Below are positions 37,836 to 48,599 of a stretch of DNA of 64,000 nt, piece after piece. Source of the DNA: a virus. Its lineage: Duplodnaviria; Caudoviricetes. Made by a program: the position numbers and the translations under genes. Position 1 is the first letter of the stretch; each line of letters begins with the position of its first letter. Location of the stretch: the IMG/VR virus record IMGVR_UViG_3300028844_006787. One strand, written 5' to 3'. The notes beneath the pieces were generated by a model, which was not told the DNA's origin, searched no databases, and was given only the letters and a program-made list of their open reading frames with translations.

Positions 37836-38258
37836 TCAACTAAAAAAGTCTTTATAGTGTGGAACTTTAAAGTTCACATCATCAAACTCTTCATTGGGAT
37901 TAATTTTACCCTCTCCATCGAGTGTATTTGGCATATCAAGTGGGTCTGCTTCGTCTACACTTGGAATATTAAACCATGTTTTTGGAACTTTTAATTTGTG
38001 TTGTGCTGACTTGCGGTATATACCTGGATCAAGATTAAAAACAGATAAATCCTTATATTCACTTCCCCATATATCGTCTGCTTGTGGAAATTGAGTTTGT
38101 GTATATCCTCCAGTTGAAAACCAAGCATCTGATTCTCCACTGAGTTCTGTACCTAGTTTTCTAATTTTTCCACCTGCTAAATAATTACCAAAATCTGGTT
38201 CAGTATCACTTGATGCAGATATACCAGCAGAACTAACTTCCTTTATGTGTTTTTTCAC
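37836..38258 (-). CDS. Hypothetical phage protein
   Basis: 140-aa ORF, GTG start adjacent to TATTTAT. Confidence 0.7.
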   Translation of the reverse strand: MKKHIKEVSSAGISASSDTEPDFGNYLAGGKIRKLGTELSGESDAWFSTGGYTQTQFPQADDIWGSEYKDLSVFNLDPGIYRKSAQHKLKVPKTWFNIPSVDEADPLDMPNTLDGEGKINPNEEFDDVNFKVPHYKDFFS

Positions 38259-38269
38259 ATAAATATATA

Positions 38270-39931
38270 TTACTCTGAACCTAAAATTCTTCGTATCTGA
38301 GAACGAATGCCATAGTAACCACCGTTAGCAATATACTTTTTTTTATATAAATTATGATGGCATTTTAATTTATTGATACGATTCATTTCAGTCCAACCCA
38401 TTTTTTTGTGGTCATCCTTTTGATTTGCCATGCTTAGTTCTTTGCCACCTTCATTTTCAATAGCACGATTATATTCACTTTCCACCGCATTTACATATAC
38501 ACATCCTGTTGCTTCTGCTCGTTTTATTATATCCCAATCCTGATAACCCATAGGTAGCAAAGATTGATCATATCCACCGATTTCATTGAACTTATTTTTC
38601 GTAATTGCAATTCTTCCAAAGTTTCCGTTTTTAAATTTCCAATCAAATTGATGAACAACACAATTGTAATCGTGTTTTTCAAATTGTTCTATTACATATT
38701 TTCCACCACGAAATCCTGTAAAATTATCACAATCAAGTGTTACGACAATTCTTCCGTGTGCTTGGTGAGTTGCGGTATTTTTTCCGATACTAGCGTGCCA
38801 CTTGGATATAATATCAGTTTCATAACAACGCAAATAACCACACTCTGTGTATTTTTTAAGATCCTGTGATTGTAACCACTCACGAAATCCGTCTTTACTG
38901 CTTATGTCCATTAAAACGAACTCAACATCATTCCGGTCTTCCCAATTATCTTCTAGATTTTTTAGTAGTGTTTGTTCTATTTGGTGCTTACGATTCATTA
39001 ATGCCATAACGAATGTAAGTTTCTTTTTACCATCATCTATATTTTCAATTCCCTCAGTGGGTTCAATGAAATAATCATAGTCTTGTATTGGATCAAATAT
39101 TCCATCGTCACTTTGAATTTTTTTCAGAAATTCAGGTAAATCCTTACGAACTCTTTCGTATAATTTTATTGAAATCTTTGGATCATTTTTCTTTTCTGCA
39201 TATAAATGCGTGTATTTTATATCCGAATTACGAATTGAAAACGCAGGTATTTTTTTATTGTCAATTTTAGCACCACAATACCAAAGATCATATATTAAAT
39301 GAGTATTTTTGAATAATTTTTCGTTTTCCTCTGATTGAAAAATTTCAAGATTCGTTTCGTTGTCTACCAGTCGCATGACTTCCAATGCGTGTTCGTTGAT
39401 AAACTTTATGTCGTTTCCACCGTATATACCTTTTTGTGGAATTGAAAATTTTCCTTTTTTAGCAAGACGATACCAACGTGGACGAGTTGCCATTTCTTTT
39501 TCTTGCATTCTGTCAATTTCATTGTAAAACTCAATCGGAGTTTCGTGAAAATCTTCAACGATCAATGGTGCTTCAAAAAAGTTACTTGATGTTGGAATGT
39601 CCCATAAATAAAAATCGTTTTCAATTAAAACAAATGGTTCTTTCATTTTTTCACAAACAATTACTTTCGGAAGTGAATAAAAGTAACTTGGTATTTTCTT
39701 TGTGTTTAATTCTTCAATATCATCATGCACTTCGTCAAATTTTATCACACTACAAACTTGTGAAATTGCTTCGTGGTCTCCGTAAAAAACAATTTTATCA
39801 AAAAACTTTCTTGCTTGCTCAACACTGAGTCTTAGTGATACCAACAAATCGTTTTTCCGTTCAAAATTGCTATACGAATCTTTTTCTAAAAAAGGTTTCG
39901 CCCAATATGCGTATACTGCTGTTTTAATCAT
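38270..39931 (-). CDS. Two-domain protein: degenerate GT-A-like N-terminus plus GT2/GT7-like C-terminus
   Basis: N: LPKVIVCEKMKEPFVLIENDFYLW, GIYGGND; C: ALMNR, LDCD, GGYDQSLLPMGYQDWD (paralog-like to 26931..27662). Confidence 0.8.
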   Translation of the reverse strand: MIKTAVYAYWAKPFLEKDSYSNFERKNDLLVSLRLSVEQARKFFDKIVFYGDHEAISQVCSVIKFDEVHDDIEELNTKKIPSYFYSLPKVIVCEKMKEPFVLIENDFYLWDIPTSSNFFEAPLIVEDFHETPIEFYNEIDRMQEKEMATRPRWYRLAKKGKFSIPQKGIYGGNDIKFINEHALEVMRLVDNETNLEIFQSEENEKLFKNTHLIYDLWYCGAKIDNKKIPAFSIRNSDIKYTHLYAEKKNDPKISIKLYERVRKDLPEFLKKIQSDDGIFDPIQDYDYFIEPTEGIENIDDGKKKLTFVMALMNRKHQIEQTLLKNLEDNWEDRNDVEFVLMDISSKDGFREWLQSQDLKKYTECGYLRCYETDIISKWHASIGKNTATHQAHGRIVVTLDCDNFTGFRGGKYVIEQFEKHDYNCVVHQFDWKFKNGNFGRIAITKNKFNEIGGYDQSLLPMGYQDWDIIKRAEATGCVYVNAVESEYNRAIENEGGKELSMANQKDDHKKMGWTEMNRINKLKCHHNLYKKKYIANGGYYGIRSQIRRILGSE

Positions 39932-39959
39932 CTCTATTATAAATATATTAATTCTTATT

Positions 39960-40628
39960 TTATATTATAGAATTTCCATAATTAAGCACTAGTTTGGTAA
40001 TCAGTCTCGTAAAACCACCATGACTTGGTGTGTAATATTTACTTTTGCATAATTTTACGAAGTCTAAATCAATATCTTGATTATCTATTTGGGTTTTTAC
40101 ATGAATACCATGTTCTTCAAACAGACCAATGATTTTTTCTAAATATTCATCAGTTTTGTTATGACTTGGACAAACCCCGTGGTAGGATGAATAAATTGTT
40201 ACAGAATCTAATCCATCAAAATCCTCCTTTACCTTTTTTATTTTTTTCAAATAGAATTCTTTTGGTTCAATATAACAATACCCACCTGCGTGAGTCGGCT
40301 TTGCTAATGTTGGACCTACACTCGGGAGAGATTTATTATAGTGTTCCTCAGCCGAATATTTTGACTGCTCAATTACATCACCGAGTCGTATGTGAAGATT
40401 CCAAGTAGTATTGTCTAGTGTAATATTATTAGTCTGTACATATTCGTCTACGATACTTGACATAGTGTGTAAATCGTGTTTTTTCCTAGCACTTAGTAAA
40501 TATTTACTCAAAATAGTATTAGGATACTCTTTTAAAGTTCTTTTGTAGATAGGTTTATTTGTAACACCAGTCCCACCAATGTTCCAACCATCACCAATTC
40601 TGTAAAAAAAATTTTTTGATGATTTCAT
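39960..40628 (-). CDS. Fucosyltransferase-fold-like protein
   Basis: LHIRLGDVI, DLDF..L, SHGGFT. Confidence 0.6.
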   Translation of the reverse strand: MKSSKNFFYRIGDGWNIGGTGVTNKPIYKRTLKEYPNTILSKYLLSARKKHDLHTMSSIVDEYVQTNNITLDNTTWNLHIRLGDVIEQSKYSAEEHYNKSLPSVGPTLAKPTHAGGYCYIEPKEFYLKKIKKVKEDFDGLDSVTIYSSYHGVCPSHNKTDEYLEKIIGLFEEHGIHVKTQIDNQDIDLDFVKLCKSKYYTPSHGGFTRLITKLVLNYGNSII

Positions 40629-40641
40629 TTAAAATATCTCT

Positions 40642-41463
40642 TTACCAACTCCATTTAAATAATTTTTCGTTTAAAATTCCCGATCTAATTGCATATTCCG
40701 GAAAACAACCTCCAGTGTGGTATACTTTTTTTGTTTTTGATAACAATATCATCTCAACAACCGCATCTCTCATAATTTCATGCTCTGTTTCTTCTTTAAA
40801 ATTTTCTTTGTTTCGTGGTTTGATATTGTGTCCTGGACCCATACCCTCTTCCATGTGAATTCGGTCATACAAAATAATTTTTTTATTGTATTTTAATTTT
40901 ATTTCATCCAATAAAGATTTTGTATCAGAGCAAACATAGAATGAATTATATTTCTCAAATATATAATCTAATTTTTCATCTAATGAATTTTTATCAATTT
41001 TTCTGTGGAAACCGTGTTGATTGAATTCTCCGTTACCAAATCTAATGTGAATTCCGACACAATCACTTATTTCATTAAACAAATTTTTTAGATCAATTTT
41101 TGGTCGCATAAATAAGTCTATATTACCCTTAGATTTAAATTTGTAATAAGAATCTTTCAAACTGAGATATTCTTCAGTTTCACCTAAATTGCCTACTTTT
41201 TTATTTTTAATCTTTAAAACTAATCTATCGTCTATATCTTTTATCTGTTCCGGATCGTAAATTAAACTTTCGTGTATTGAAAATAAATTATCAAATATAT
41301 TTTTATTAAACCCAAATCGTTTTCCTCTAAAGTAACACATACTAGTGAAATCAATTATTGGTATCAAATCATGTTTTTTTGAAAATCGTATAATCTTATC
41401 GTATGCCACGATTTGACTTCCGATTCCATCAGGACAATCAAATTTTATATATTTCATTTTCAT
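40642..41463 (-). CDS. NodZ/O-fucosyltransferase-like protein
   Basis: DGIGSQI, GIHIRFGN, YVCSD, AVVEMILLSK. Confidence 0.72.
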   Translation of the reverse strand: MKMKYIKFDCPDGIGSQIVAYDKIIRFSKKHDLIPIIDFTSMCYFRGKRFGFNKNIFDNLFSIHESLIYDPEQIKDIDDRLVLKIKNKKVGNLGETEEYLSLKDSYYKFKSKGNIDLFMRPKIDLKNLFNEISDCVGIHIRFGNGEFNQHGFHRKIDKNSLDEKLDYIFEKYNSFYVCSDTKSLLDEIKLKYNKKIILYDRIHMEEGMGPGHNIKPRNKENFKEETEHEIMRDAVVEMILLSKTKKVYHTGGCFPEYAIRSGILNEKLFKWSW

Positions 41464-42292
41464 AATAATTAAAATTAAGGTCAGAAATTGGATCTTGGTT
41501 GTATGAAATATTACTCTTTTTAGAGAAAATTCTACCCTTGGGTACTATAACATTTCCTTTATGGAATAAAATTGGTAAACCACTGAAACAACCTTTGCTT
41601 GCAATTAAAATATCAGAATTGAATATATGCCAAAGACTAAAATACGGGCACCCATCTATTATTAGTTGAATGTCTAGATCATTAATATTTTTAAATTTGC
41701 TAAATATGTCACAATTTTTAAAAATATTTGGAAATCTTTTAATTGCTCTGTCCGTTAAGTTTTCTGAAAAAATATAAAACCTAATATTTTTGTTTGTTTG
41801 TTTTAGTTTGTACATGGTGTCTATAAAATACTCATCTGAATGAAATTTCCAACCAAAGTCTTTTTGAGCCTCTAGTATATCACCACGTCGTACATGAACT
41901 GCTACATTTACATAATTTTTGTCAAAGATAAGTTTTGGTTTTTTTGTTTTTTCTATTTTACTCCAAAATCTGTCAGTAAACTCATCAAAGTAATTTAAAT
42001 TTTTACTTATATCCTTGAATGTAATCCGTGATTTAAATTCAGGTACAAAACAATAATTTATTTTCTCACCATTAAGTTCGTATTCTTTTAATTCACCTTC
42101 ACCAAAATTAAAAAAATTTTCAGCATCCATCGGATTACAATCGTGTGCAATTTCTTTAAAAGGAACATAAACAAAATTATATCCATTTAAATTACAATAT
42201 ACCCATAGCATTATCTGCCTATAAAGTTGAGAAGTCATTCCATCGTAATGTGGTTCATCAATTGCTAAATAAAGTTTATCCATTATATCCAC
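41438..42292 (-). CDS. GT11-like fucosyltransferase-fold protein
   Basis: DGMTSQ, AVHVRRGD, YIFSE, SDILIASKGCFS. Confidence 0.75.
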   Translation of the reverse strand: MDIMDKLYLAIDEPHYDGMTSQLYRQIMLWVYCNLNGYNFVYVPFKEIAHDCNPMDAENFFNFGEGELKEYELNGEKINYCFVPEFKSRITFKDISKNLNYFDEFTDRFWSKIEKTKKPKLIFDKNYVNVAVHVRRGDILEAQKDFGWKFHSDEYFIDTMYKLKQTNKNIRFYIFSENLTDRAIKRFPNIFKNCDIFSKFKNINDLDIQLIIDGCPYFSLWHIFNSDILIASKGCFSGLPILFHKGNVIVPKGRIFSKKSNISYNQDPISDLNFNYYENEIYKI

Positions 42293-43023
42293 TCTTCAAT
42301 TTCGTACCCAAGATATTCAAACAGTTTTTCATTTTTTGGACGATAAAAATCCATACAAAATTCTTTATCACATTTATCTAATGAATCTATATACTTTGTT
42401 TTGTTAATTTTCTTATTTTCTATGGTATGTTCAGCAACTTCTAAGAATTTAAAAATTTTTTTAAATTCTTCAGTTGGGTTTGAAATTAATTTTTCTTGAA
42501 CCACGACACATATATTATCCTTTGAAAATATTTTTTCGTAACTTTTTATCACATCAATATAAATTGTTTCGGTAAACGATCTTGCATTTTTAAAATTATA
42601 TATAAAACTCTTTGAAACATCAAAGTGTATCCAGTCTTTGGGATAAAGTTCTTTGCAAAAATTATACCATGAAAAAATTCTATCCACAGGATTTCTTACT
42701 AAAAAAATAATTTTTACACCATTTCCTAAAATTCTACCTATGGTTGTTGAAATCATGTGGTGTTGTACTGCATAATTTGGTGAAAATTCTCCATGCACAT
42801 TGCCGTCATTTAAAAAATGACTTTTATACCAATCAACACCCAAATGAATCTTTGAAGAGTGCTGATTTGCTGGTCTAAAAAAATCAAACTCGTATCTTTT
42901 GTTTATTTTATTTTTAGGTATAGTAATACTTGGGTGTTGATTTAAATTTTCAGAAAAAGCAGTTGTTCCACATTTTGTAAAACCAACCCCTATAAAATCA
43001 GGATATTTATAGTCATCTTTCAT
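42283..43023 (-). CDS. PAPS-dependent sulfotransferase (Sulfotransfer_1, heparan-sulfate ST-like)
   Basis: PDFIGVGFTKCGTTA..LNQHP, GEFSPNY, LVRNPVDRIFS. Confidence 0.9.
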   Translation of the reverse strand: MKDDYKYPDFIGVGFTKCGTTAFSENLNQHPSITIPKNKINKRYEFDFFRPANQHSSKIHLGVDWYKSHFLNDGNVHGEFSPNYAVQHHMISTTIGRILGNGVKIIFLVRNPVDRIFSWYNFCKELYPKDWIHFDVSKSFIYNFKNARSFTETIYIDVIKSYEKIFSKDNICVVVQEKLISNPTEEFKKIFKFLEVAEHTIENKKINKTKYIDSLDKCDKEFCMDFYRPKNEKLFEYLGYEIEEWI

Positions 43024-43035
43024 ATACGATGTAAT

Positions 43036-43692
43036 TTACTTATCTTTTGAACGATTACGATGATTACCGTGTAGACCAAAAAACTCACTCTGAACTTTGC
43101 CGAAATCATTTTGTTTTATTTTTTCATAGTTCATATCCATCAAATTTATACGTGCAACTGAGTTATCAATTTGTAAATCGGAAATCACGATTTCAAATTT
43201 TTTTTCAATTTTTTGTGCAATCTCCAATATAACATCTTTTTTGTTTTTTTGAATATTTGGGTTATATGAGGACTTATATAATAAGTCCTCATATTCCATG
43301 ACAAGTATATCATCATGTTCAAAGCAAAAATTTGGAACTAGTTTATTTTTATCTCTACGTATTACTGATATTTTACGCACTCCCTCTATATTAAAAATGT
43401 GCGTTTTATTTTTATCACTTGCATGAGTTTTTATTACTTTTAAATCCTTATCTAATTTATATTCACTGATGTGGGATTTTTTGTTGTTATCAAGTCCCTT
43501 AAAGACTACACTTGCAGTTGGATCAAAAAAACCTAATAGAACATTTACGAGTAATGTGCTTCCGGTTTGGGTGGGAGTTACCACCATCCAAGGTTTTTTG
43601 TTTTTATCTTGTTCTCTTTTAATTTCACCAAGAAAAGGACTAGTGTCAGAAAGTAAAGGTATCTTTGTTGATTTTTTTTCATTTATTTTCAT
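43036..43692 (-). CDS. Divergent sulfotransferase-like protein
   Basis: TPTQTGSTLL (PSB-like), VIKTH, MEYEDL. Confidence 0.5.
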   Translation of the reverse strand: MKINEKKSTKIPLLSDTSPFLGEIKREQDKNKKPWMVVTPTQTGSTLLVNVLLGFFDPTASVVFKGLDNNKKSHISEYKLDKDLKVIKTHASDKNKTHIFNIEGVRKISVIRRDKNKLVPNFCFEHDDILVMEYEDLLYKSSYNPNIQKNKKDVILEIAQKIEKKFEIVISDLQIDNSVARINLMDMNYEKIKQNDFGKVQSEFFGLHGNHRNRSKDK

Positions 43693-43704
43693 AGATTTTT
43701 ATTT

Positions 43705-44844
43705 TTAGATTTCGTTTTGCGTTAATTCTGATTTAAAAATGTTAGACAACGTAGTCGTTTCTGTATTCCCAAGGATATAATCTAAGTAATCAAGTTCTAT
43801 TTGTCTTGTAAATGATTCCATACAAAAAACAAATTTAGATTTAGTATTTTTATTACTCAATCTATCAAATAGTTTCTTTGTTCTGTTTTGGTGAGGTAAT
43901 CCATACGACTTATTTATTCCATTTGCCGAAACTTGCGATGTGTCTTTAGTAGATCTGACGAGTCTTTTGAAAATATCCACACATGGAATGTATTCTAGTT
44001 TTGCTACTCTATTGATCAATTCATTATATCCATGTTTAAAATCATTTCTTCTTTGAAAAATTGTTACATTTACCTCGTTTTTACCTAATAATTGCAGTCC
44101 ATGTACCGCAGAACCTTCCACAAAAACTAATTCCTTTGCAGTTGAATAAATTTCAAGTTGCTCTTTTATTGTAAGTTTTTCAGGATATACTATTGTATAC
44201 CCAAGTTCATTAAATGCACTCTCTATGTATTTTTCACCAAGTAACCCACCCTGCTTACCACGTATAGGTGAAGCAAAATTTGTTCTTGATATAAAATAAT
44301 TACCAACTCTTTTTTGCTTTGCATTTGTCTTATAAAAATTCAATAAATTTATATAATCAGGTGATGTGGGATATGAACTATATAAGTGTTCTGCCTGTGG
44401 ACATACATAAAGATTTTTAAACAAAACTGGTTTTTTATTTACTATATAAACATTAGTTTGGTTATATCCATAAAGTTCTAATATTTCTTTTATATATCTT
44501 GGAATTTTGTCCCAAGTTTGAGATGAGTCACCGGTTAAACACAATTTATAGTTTTTATTTCGTTTTATATGACTTACATATTGTACGCACCTACTGAGAT
44601 ACTCTACTATAAAATGACCAAAGTGTTCTTTTATATGACCTCCGTAATAAACTACCGTATCACTCACGTCTACATCATCTAAATTTGGTATTTCCGTTGG
44701 ATAAGTATCCCAATTTGCGTCAGTTCTCAAATGCCTTACATCTGTATTTGAGTTCCAGTCGGGATAAATCGGTCCTCCCACGGGTTTTGTCCATTTGTAT
44801 TTATGCTCCCACGGTAAAACAATTATATCCTTAAAATGTTTCAT
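43705..44844 (-). CDS. GT61 (DUF563)-like glycosyltransferase
   Basis: HFGHFIVE, YFISR, YPEKLTIKEQL, EGSAVH. Confidence 0.82.
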   Translation of the reverse strand: MKHFKDIIVLPWEHKYKWTKPVGGPIYPDWNSNTDVRHLRTDANWDTYPTEIPNLDDVDVSDTVVYYGGHIKEHFGHFIVEYLSRCVQYVSHIKRNKNYKLCLTGDSSQTWDKIPRYIKEILELYGYNQTNVYIVNKKPVLFKNLYVCPQAEHLYSSYPTSPDYINLLNFYKTNAKQKRVGNYFISRTNFASPIRGKQGGLLGEKYIESAFNELGYTIVYPEKLTIKEQLEIYSTAKELVFVEGSAVHGLQLLGKNEVNVTIFQRRNDFKHGYNELINRVAKLEYIPCVDIFKRLVRSTKDTSQVSANGINKSYGLPHQNRTKKLFDRLSNKNTKSKFVFCMESFTRQIELDYLDYILGNTETTTLSNIFKSELTQNEI

Positions 44845-45482
44845 GTTGTTCTTTCAATAAGTTTCTCTAGTATATTGTTTGCATCGTTTCTTATTTGATT
44901 ATATATATTAACATAAAATTCATTATAGTTTTCATTTTTTTCATCTATTACACTATTTCTTGGTTTTATTTTTATTTTTTGTAATAATGAAACATCAACT
45001 CTAAGTAAGTGAGATAATTGTTTTGTATATTTAGAAATATCACCTATTTCAATTGGTATAAAATTTGGACAATTTTTCCACGACTCGTAATGACTTTTTA
45101 ACATAAATAAATCTCGGTTTTCTGATGTTACAATTTTCATGTATTCCTCAAGTGTATTTGGCATATACTGTTTTACACCTGTCATTCTTAAACATTGTAG
45201 ATTTTGCCAACGTCTGCGAAAGTGACTTTGAATCATTAAAACCGGATGTGTATAAACATAAAAATTGAAACTTGATTTCATTTTTTCGTAATCAATACTC
45301 GCATATCTATTTTTTTGTTTTTTGAGAATGCCAAAGTGACCGTGTTTCAAACCATCAAATCCACTTATATCATTTGTTTTAAATTTCAATACATTTTCAA
45401 AAAACCTAATTAAATAAGTTTGACCAGACCCACCCCACCCTACAATATTTACATTGTTATATTCTATTTGAGGACTGATCAC
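44841..45482 (-). CDS. Divergent sulfotransferase-like protein
   Basis: IVGWGGSGQTYL (PSB-like), LKH, YVYTHP...SHFRR, HYESW. Confidence 0.45.
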   Translation of the reverse strand: MISPQIEYNNVNIVGWGGSGQTYLIRFFENVLKFKTNDISGFDGLKHGHFGILKKQKNRYASIDYEKMKSSFNFYVYTHPVLMIQSHFRRRWQNLQCLRMTGVKQYMPNTLEEYMKIVTSENRDLFMLKSHYESWKNCPNFIPIEIGDISKYTKQLSHLLRVDVSLLQKIKIKPRNSVIDEKNENYNEFYVNIYNQIRNDANNILEKLIERTT

Positions 45483-45561
45483 ATATATAAATATTTAACT
45501 AATACATTTGTTTAAATATTTTTTTAAAATATGTGCATTTACCACATCAACGACTAAGTCA

Positions 45562-46668
45562 TCATGTGCTTCCGCATTCCTTGGTAAAATTTATTTTTTC
45601 TGCCTCGTTTTTAATGTATTTATCATATTCCACCAAAACCATTTGGTCATATTCTATTTTAGATATTTCTATATTAGGTATGGTTTTATCCGTCTTTCGT
45701 ACAATATTCATTATTTCTATGAGTAATCCTATGCCATACAAAACAAGGCCGTGAGATTCCTTTAAAAAATTTCTCTGCGTTTTTTTATCAACTGCACGTC
45801 CAGGTATTAGTGTAGGGAGTTCTGAAATATACTTTAATGAATTACAACGTGGTAATATAACATTACGTACCCATCCACCATTTGCATATATATTTCGTCT
45901 TTTTATTATAAGAATATCTCCCATCGCACGACCTAATAATTGAAATGTATGGTAAGCAGAACCCTCAACCATTATTATCAATCGTGATGAATTATATAAT
46001 TTCACTTGTTCTTCTACTGACATTTGCTCTGGATAAATTACCTCAATTCCACATTCTCTAAAGTATTTTTCAAGATACTCTTCACCTGCAAGTTTAGGGT
46101 AACTCCTGTGGGTTAGTTTTGACCTTGAAACATAAACTATTCCTTTTTTTTCAGAGATTGGTTTGGGTGGGTAATTTTTATCAAGCAAATCTAAATAAAA
46201 TTCCGATGTTAGATTTTTCTGCTGTATTGTTTCATTTTGAGGTGTTACATACAATGTTTTTGCAATGGTGGGTTTATCAATAAAAAAAACATCTTCATTG
46301 GAATAACCAAAGTGTCTTATTATTTCCCAAAAAAAGTCACTTACGTTTATTTTTTCATGTATAGAAAAACATAACTTTCCTTTAATGTTTGCTTCTTTGT
46401 ACACCAATATTCGTGACATATGTTCACATATTAGATGACCATAGTGGTAGTGGTAGCTACCACACCAAAGTAATGGGAAATCAATTGTTTGTTTATTACA
46501 TAAACTATCTACTCTTAAACTACTTATTTCAGAACATATAACTTCTTTACCACGTTTTTGCATTAAGTGTTTAGATTTTTCAAAATTTGGGAAAATAGGT
46601 CCATAAAAGTCGTCGCATTTACTTAAATTGAGTATCTCAATATCATTGAATTTTTCTATCTCGTTCAT
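45562..46668 (-). CDS. GT61 (DUF563)-like glycosyltransferase, paralog of 43705..44844
   Basis: HYGHLICE, VYVSR, LAGEEYLE, YPEQMSVEEQV, EGSAYH. Confidence 0.82.
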   Translation of the reverse strand: MNEIEKFNDIEILNLSKCDDFYGPIFPNFEKSKHLMQKRGKEVICSEISSLRVDSLCNKQTIDFPLLWCGSYHYHYGHLICEHMSRILVYKEANIKGKLCFSIHEKINVSDFFWEIIRHFGYSNEDVFFIDKPTIAKTLYVTPQNETIQQKNLTSEFYLDLLDKNYPPKPISEKKGIVYVSRSKLTHRSYPKLAGEEYLEKYFRECGIEVIYPEQMSVEEQVKLYNSSRLIIMVEGSAYHTFQLLGRAMGDILIIKRRNIYANGGWVRNVILPRCNSLKYISELPTLIPGRAVDKKTQRNFLKESHGLVLYGIGLLIEIMNIVRKTDKTIPNIEISKIEYDQMVLVEYDKYIKNEAEKINFTKECGST

Positions 46669-46680
46669 TATAAAATTATA

Positions 46681-47346
46681 TCATTCTCCAAATTTATATT
46701 TAAAAGTTTCTATATACCGACCTGCCTTTTTCTGCACCAAATCTCGAGACTCTTTGGTATAAAAATATTCATAAGTTTTATTGCTTAGATCTGAGCGTAT
46801 ATTTGATTTTAATCTAGGGAGCATGATGCTCTTTATTCCTACCTGTTCACAAAACTGCATATAAGATTGTTGTAAGTTTTCATATTTGATATAATAATCC
46901 ATTAAGAGATTGCCATTAGAATCAATACTTCTGCTGATATTCTGTTTCAAACCTTTCAACCATTTCTTATGTTTAATCCAATCGTTGAAATAAATCTTAT
47001 AATTTACATTTTCCAAGTTTTTCTTTTCACGCAGAAACCAAAAACAAGACGATACTACCATGTCCCACGGATTTCTTATTATCGTTACTTTAGTATACTC
47101 ATTCCACATAGTGTCTCCAATTTTTCTTCGGATTTTTTCGGGTGTTGATTCTTTCTTTAAGCCAATTAAATTTCTAGATGAGGTCCAGTCAGCATCTGAC
47201 CAAACGTCCTCTGGTGGGTTTCCCTTTGCGGGCAAAAATACCGAATCACCTTCACCACAATACCTTCCCAATGCAAGCAATACACTTGATCCCGCAACTT
47301 TGTGACCCTTTAAATAAATAAATTTATACTTGTGTGATATAATCAT
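46681..47346 (-). CDS. PAPS-dependent sulfotransferase (Sulfotransfer_2-like)
   Basis: MIISHKYKFIYLKGHKVAGSS, IRNPWDMVVS, IKYENL. Confidence 0.88.
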   Translation of the reverse strand: MIISHKYKFIYLKGHKVAGSSVLLALGRYCGEGDSVFLPAKGNPPEDVWSDADWTSSRNLIGLKKESTPEKIRRKIGDTMWNEYTKVTIIRNPWDMVVSSCFWFLREKKNLENVNYKIYFNDWIKHKKWLKGLKQNISRSIDSNGNLLMDYYIKYENLQQSYMQFCEQVGIKSIMLPRLKSNIRSDLSNKTYEYFYTKESRDLVQKKAGRYIETFKYKFGE

Positions 47347-47349
47347 CTC

Positions 47350-47913
47350 TCATTCTCCAAATTCATAACCGAAATACTCAATGTCCTTTGCGTATTTTTC
47401 CGTAACGATTTCACGAGTTTCATCATCGTAGTATTCGGTGTAGTGTTTATGTTCGGTTTTGTTTTTGTGTGGAAGTTTTTGTTTTGGAATTCCAATTTTG
47501 TCGCAGATTAAATCAAAGTCTTCTTGGAGATTTTCAAATCTTCCGATGAAATCTATACGGTCTTTCACCCAATTTACTTGATGACTCCAATGTCGTGATT
47601 TAAGTTCTTCATAGATATTTGGAAAATTTAAAGTAAACTCTAGGAATGAGTTATATTGATTCACAATTTTTCCATCGTGTAAGTCACGTCCCTTCATCTG
47701 ACCATATGCCTTAAAATAGAAGTATTTCGAGACAAATCGATCCCACGGATTTCTAAAAAATCCAAATCTAAAAAATTCACGATTAGCATTAGAATTAAAA
47801 TTGTGTGGACCTGCGAGTGTTCTTCCGTATTTATGAAAGTGTTCAGCTAAAGAAGAACCTCCTGTTTTTGGAATATGAAAAAAAATAAATTTATGGTTGT
47901 TTGAAACAATCAT
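47350..47913 (-). CDS. PAPS-dependent sulfotransferase (Sulfotransfer_2-like)
   Basis: FFHIPKTGGSS, FFRNPWDRFVS, DFIGRFENL. Confidence 0.92.
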   Translation of the reverse strand: MIVSNNHKFIFFHIPKTGGSSLAEHFHKYGRTLAGPHNFNSNANREFFRFGFFRNPWDRFVSKYFYFKAYGQMKGRDLHDGKIVNQYNSFLEFTLNFPNIYEELKSRHWSHQVNWVKDRIDFIGRFENLQEDFDLICDKIGIPKQKLPHKNKTEHKHYTEYYDDETREIVTEKYAKDIEYFGYEFGE

Positions 47914-47928
47914 TTTTTTAAAAACAGT

Positions 47929-47973
47929 TCATTCTCCAAATTTATATCCAAAATACTCAATATCTTTTGCGTA
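47929..47973 (-). pseudogene. Orphan 3' end of a sulfotransferase gene (YAKDIEYFGYKFGE*)
   Basis: Matches the C-termini of 47350..47913 and 48600..49223; overlaps the end of the methyltransferase gene in another frame. Confidence 0.85.
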
Positions 47974-48589
47974 TTACTAATATGTTCTCATAAAATTCAA
48001 TTTTTGAAAAACGAGAACTTCCAAAATTTCTTTTCTGAGTTTTGCCCCAAATTACAACCTCATCTATTAAATGTTTTGCAAACGGTAAAATCGCATGAGG
48101 TTTGTTAGAGGTTTTACCATCCACAAAAATACCGTTATTTTGAGTGTATGATGCAAAATCTTCTATAACATAAAATCCATTTGGTTCTAAATAATCAAAT
48201 AGAGTAAAAAAAGTTTTTTTTGTTAAATCGTGATCGTGGGAAGCATCATCTATGATGATATCAAACTTACCATATTTTTCTGCCAATTTAGATAGTTTAG
48301 CAGAGTTACCTTGATTACATCTTTCATATACAACATTATCAGGAAAATTGCACATTTTTTCTTTTATGTCTACACCAAGCACTATCTCGGAAAATGGTGC
48401 AAACAATTTCAGTGAATCACCTCGGTGTACTCCAAGTTCGCATACTCTTGGTGGTGACTCAAAGTTTTCCCAAATATTGTCGTATATTTCTAAATAATGA
48501 TCCCACTTACGAGCAAGACCACAATCTGGTCCGAAAACTCTATCTAGTTCGTTTATTTTCTGATTGCTTTCTAAGTAATTTGTTTTCAT
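47957..48589 (-). CDS. Class I SAM-dependent methyltransferase (sugar O-methyltransferase-like)
   Basis: KWDHYLEIY, ELGVHRGDSL, GVDI, DIIIDDASH, GFYVIED. Confidence 0.88.
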   Translation of the reverse strand: MKTNYLESNQKINELDRVFGPDCGLARKWDHYLEIYDNIWENFESPPRVCELGVHRGDSLKLFAPFSEIVLGVDIKEKMCNFPDNVVYERCNQGNSAKLSKLAEKYGKFDIIIDDASHDHDLTKKTFFTLFDYLEPNGFYVIEDFASYTQNNGIFVDGKTSNKPHAILPFAKHLIDEVVIWGKTQKRNFGSSRFSKIEFYENILVIRKRY

Positions 48590-48599
48590 AATTAATTAT

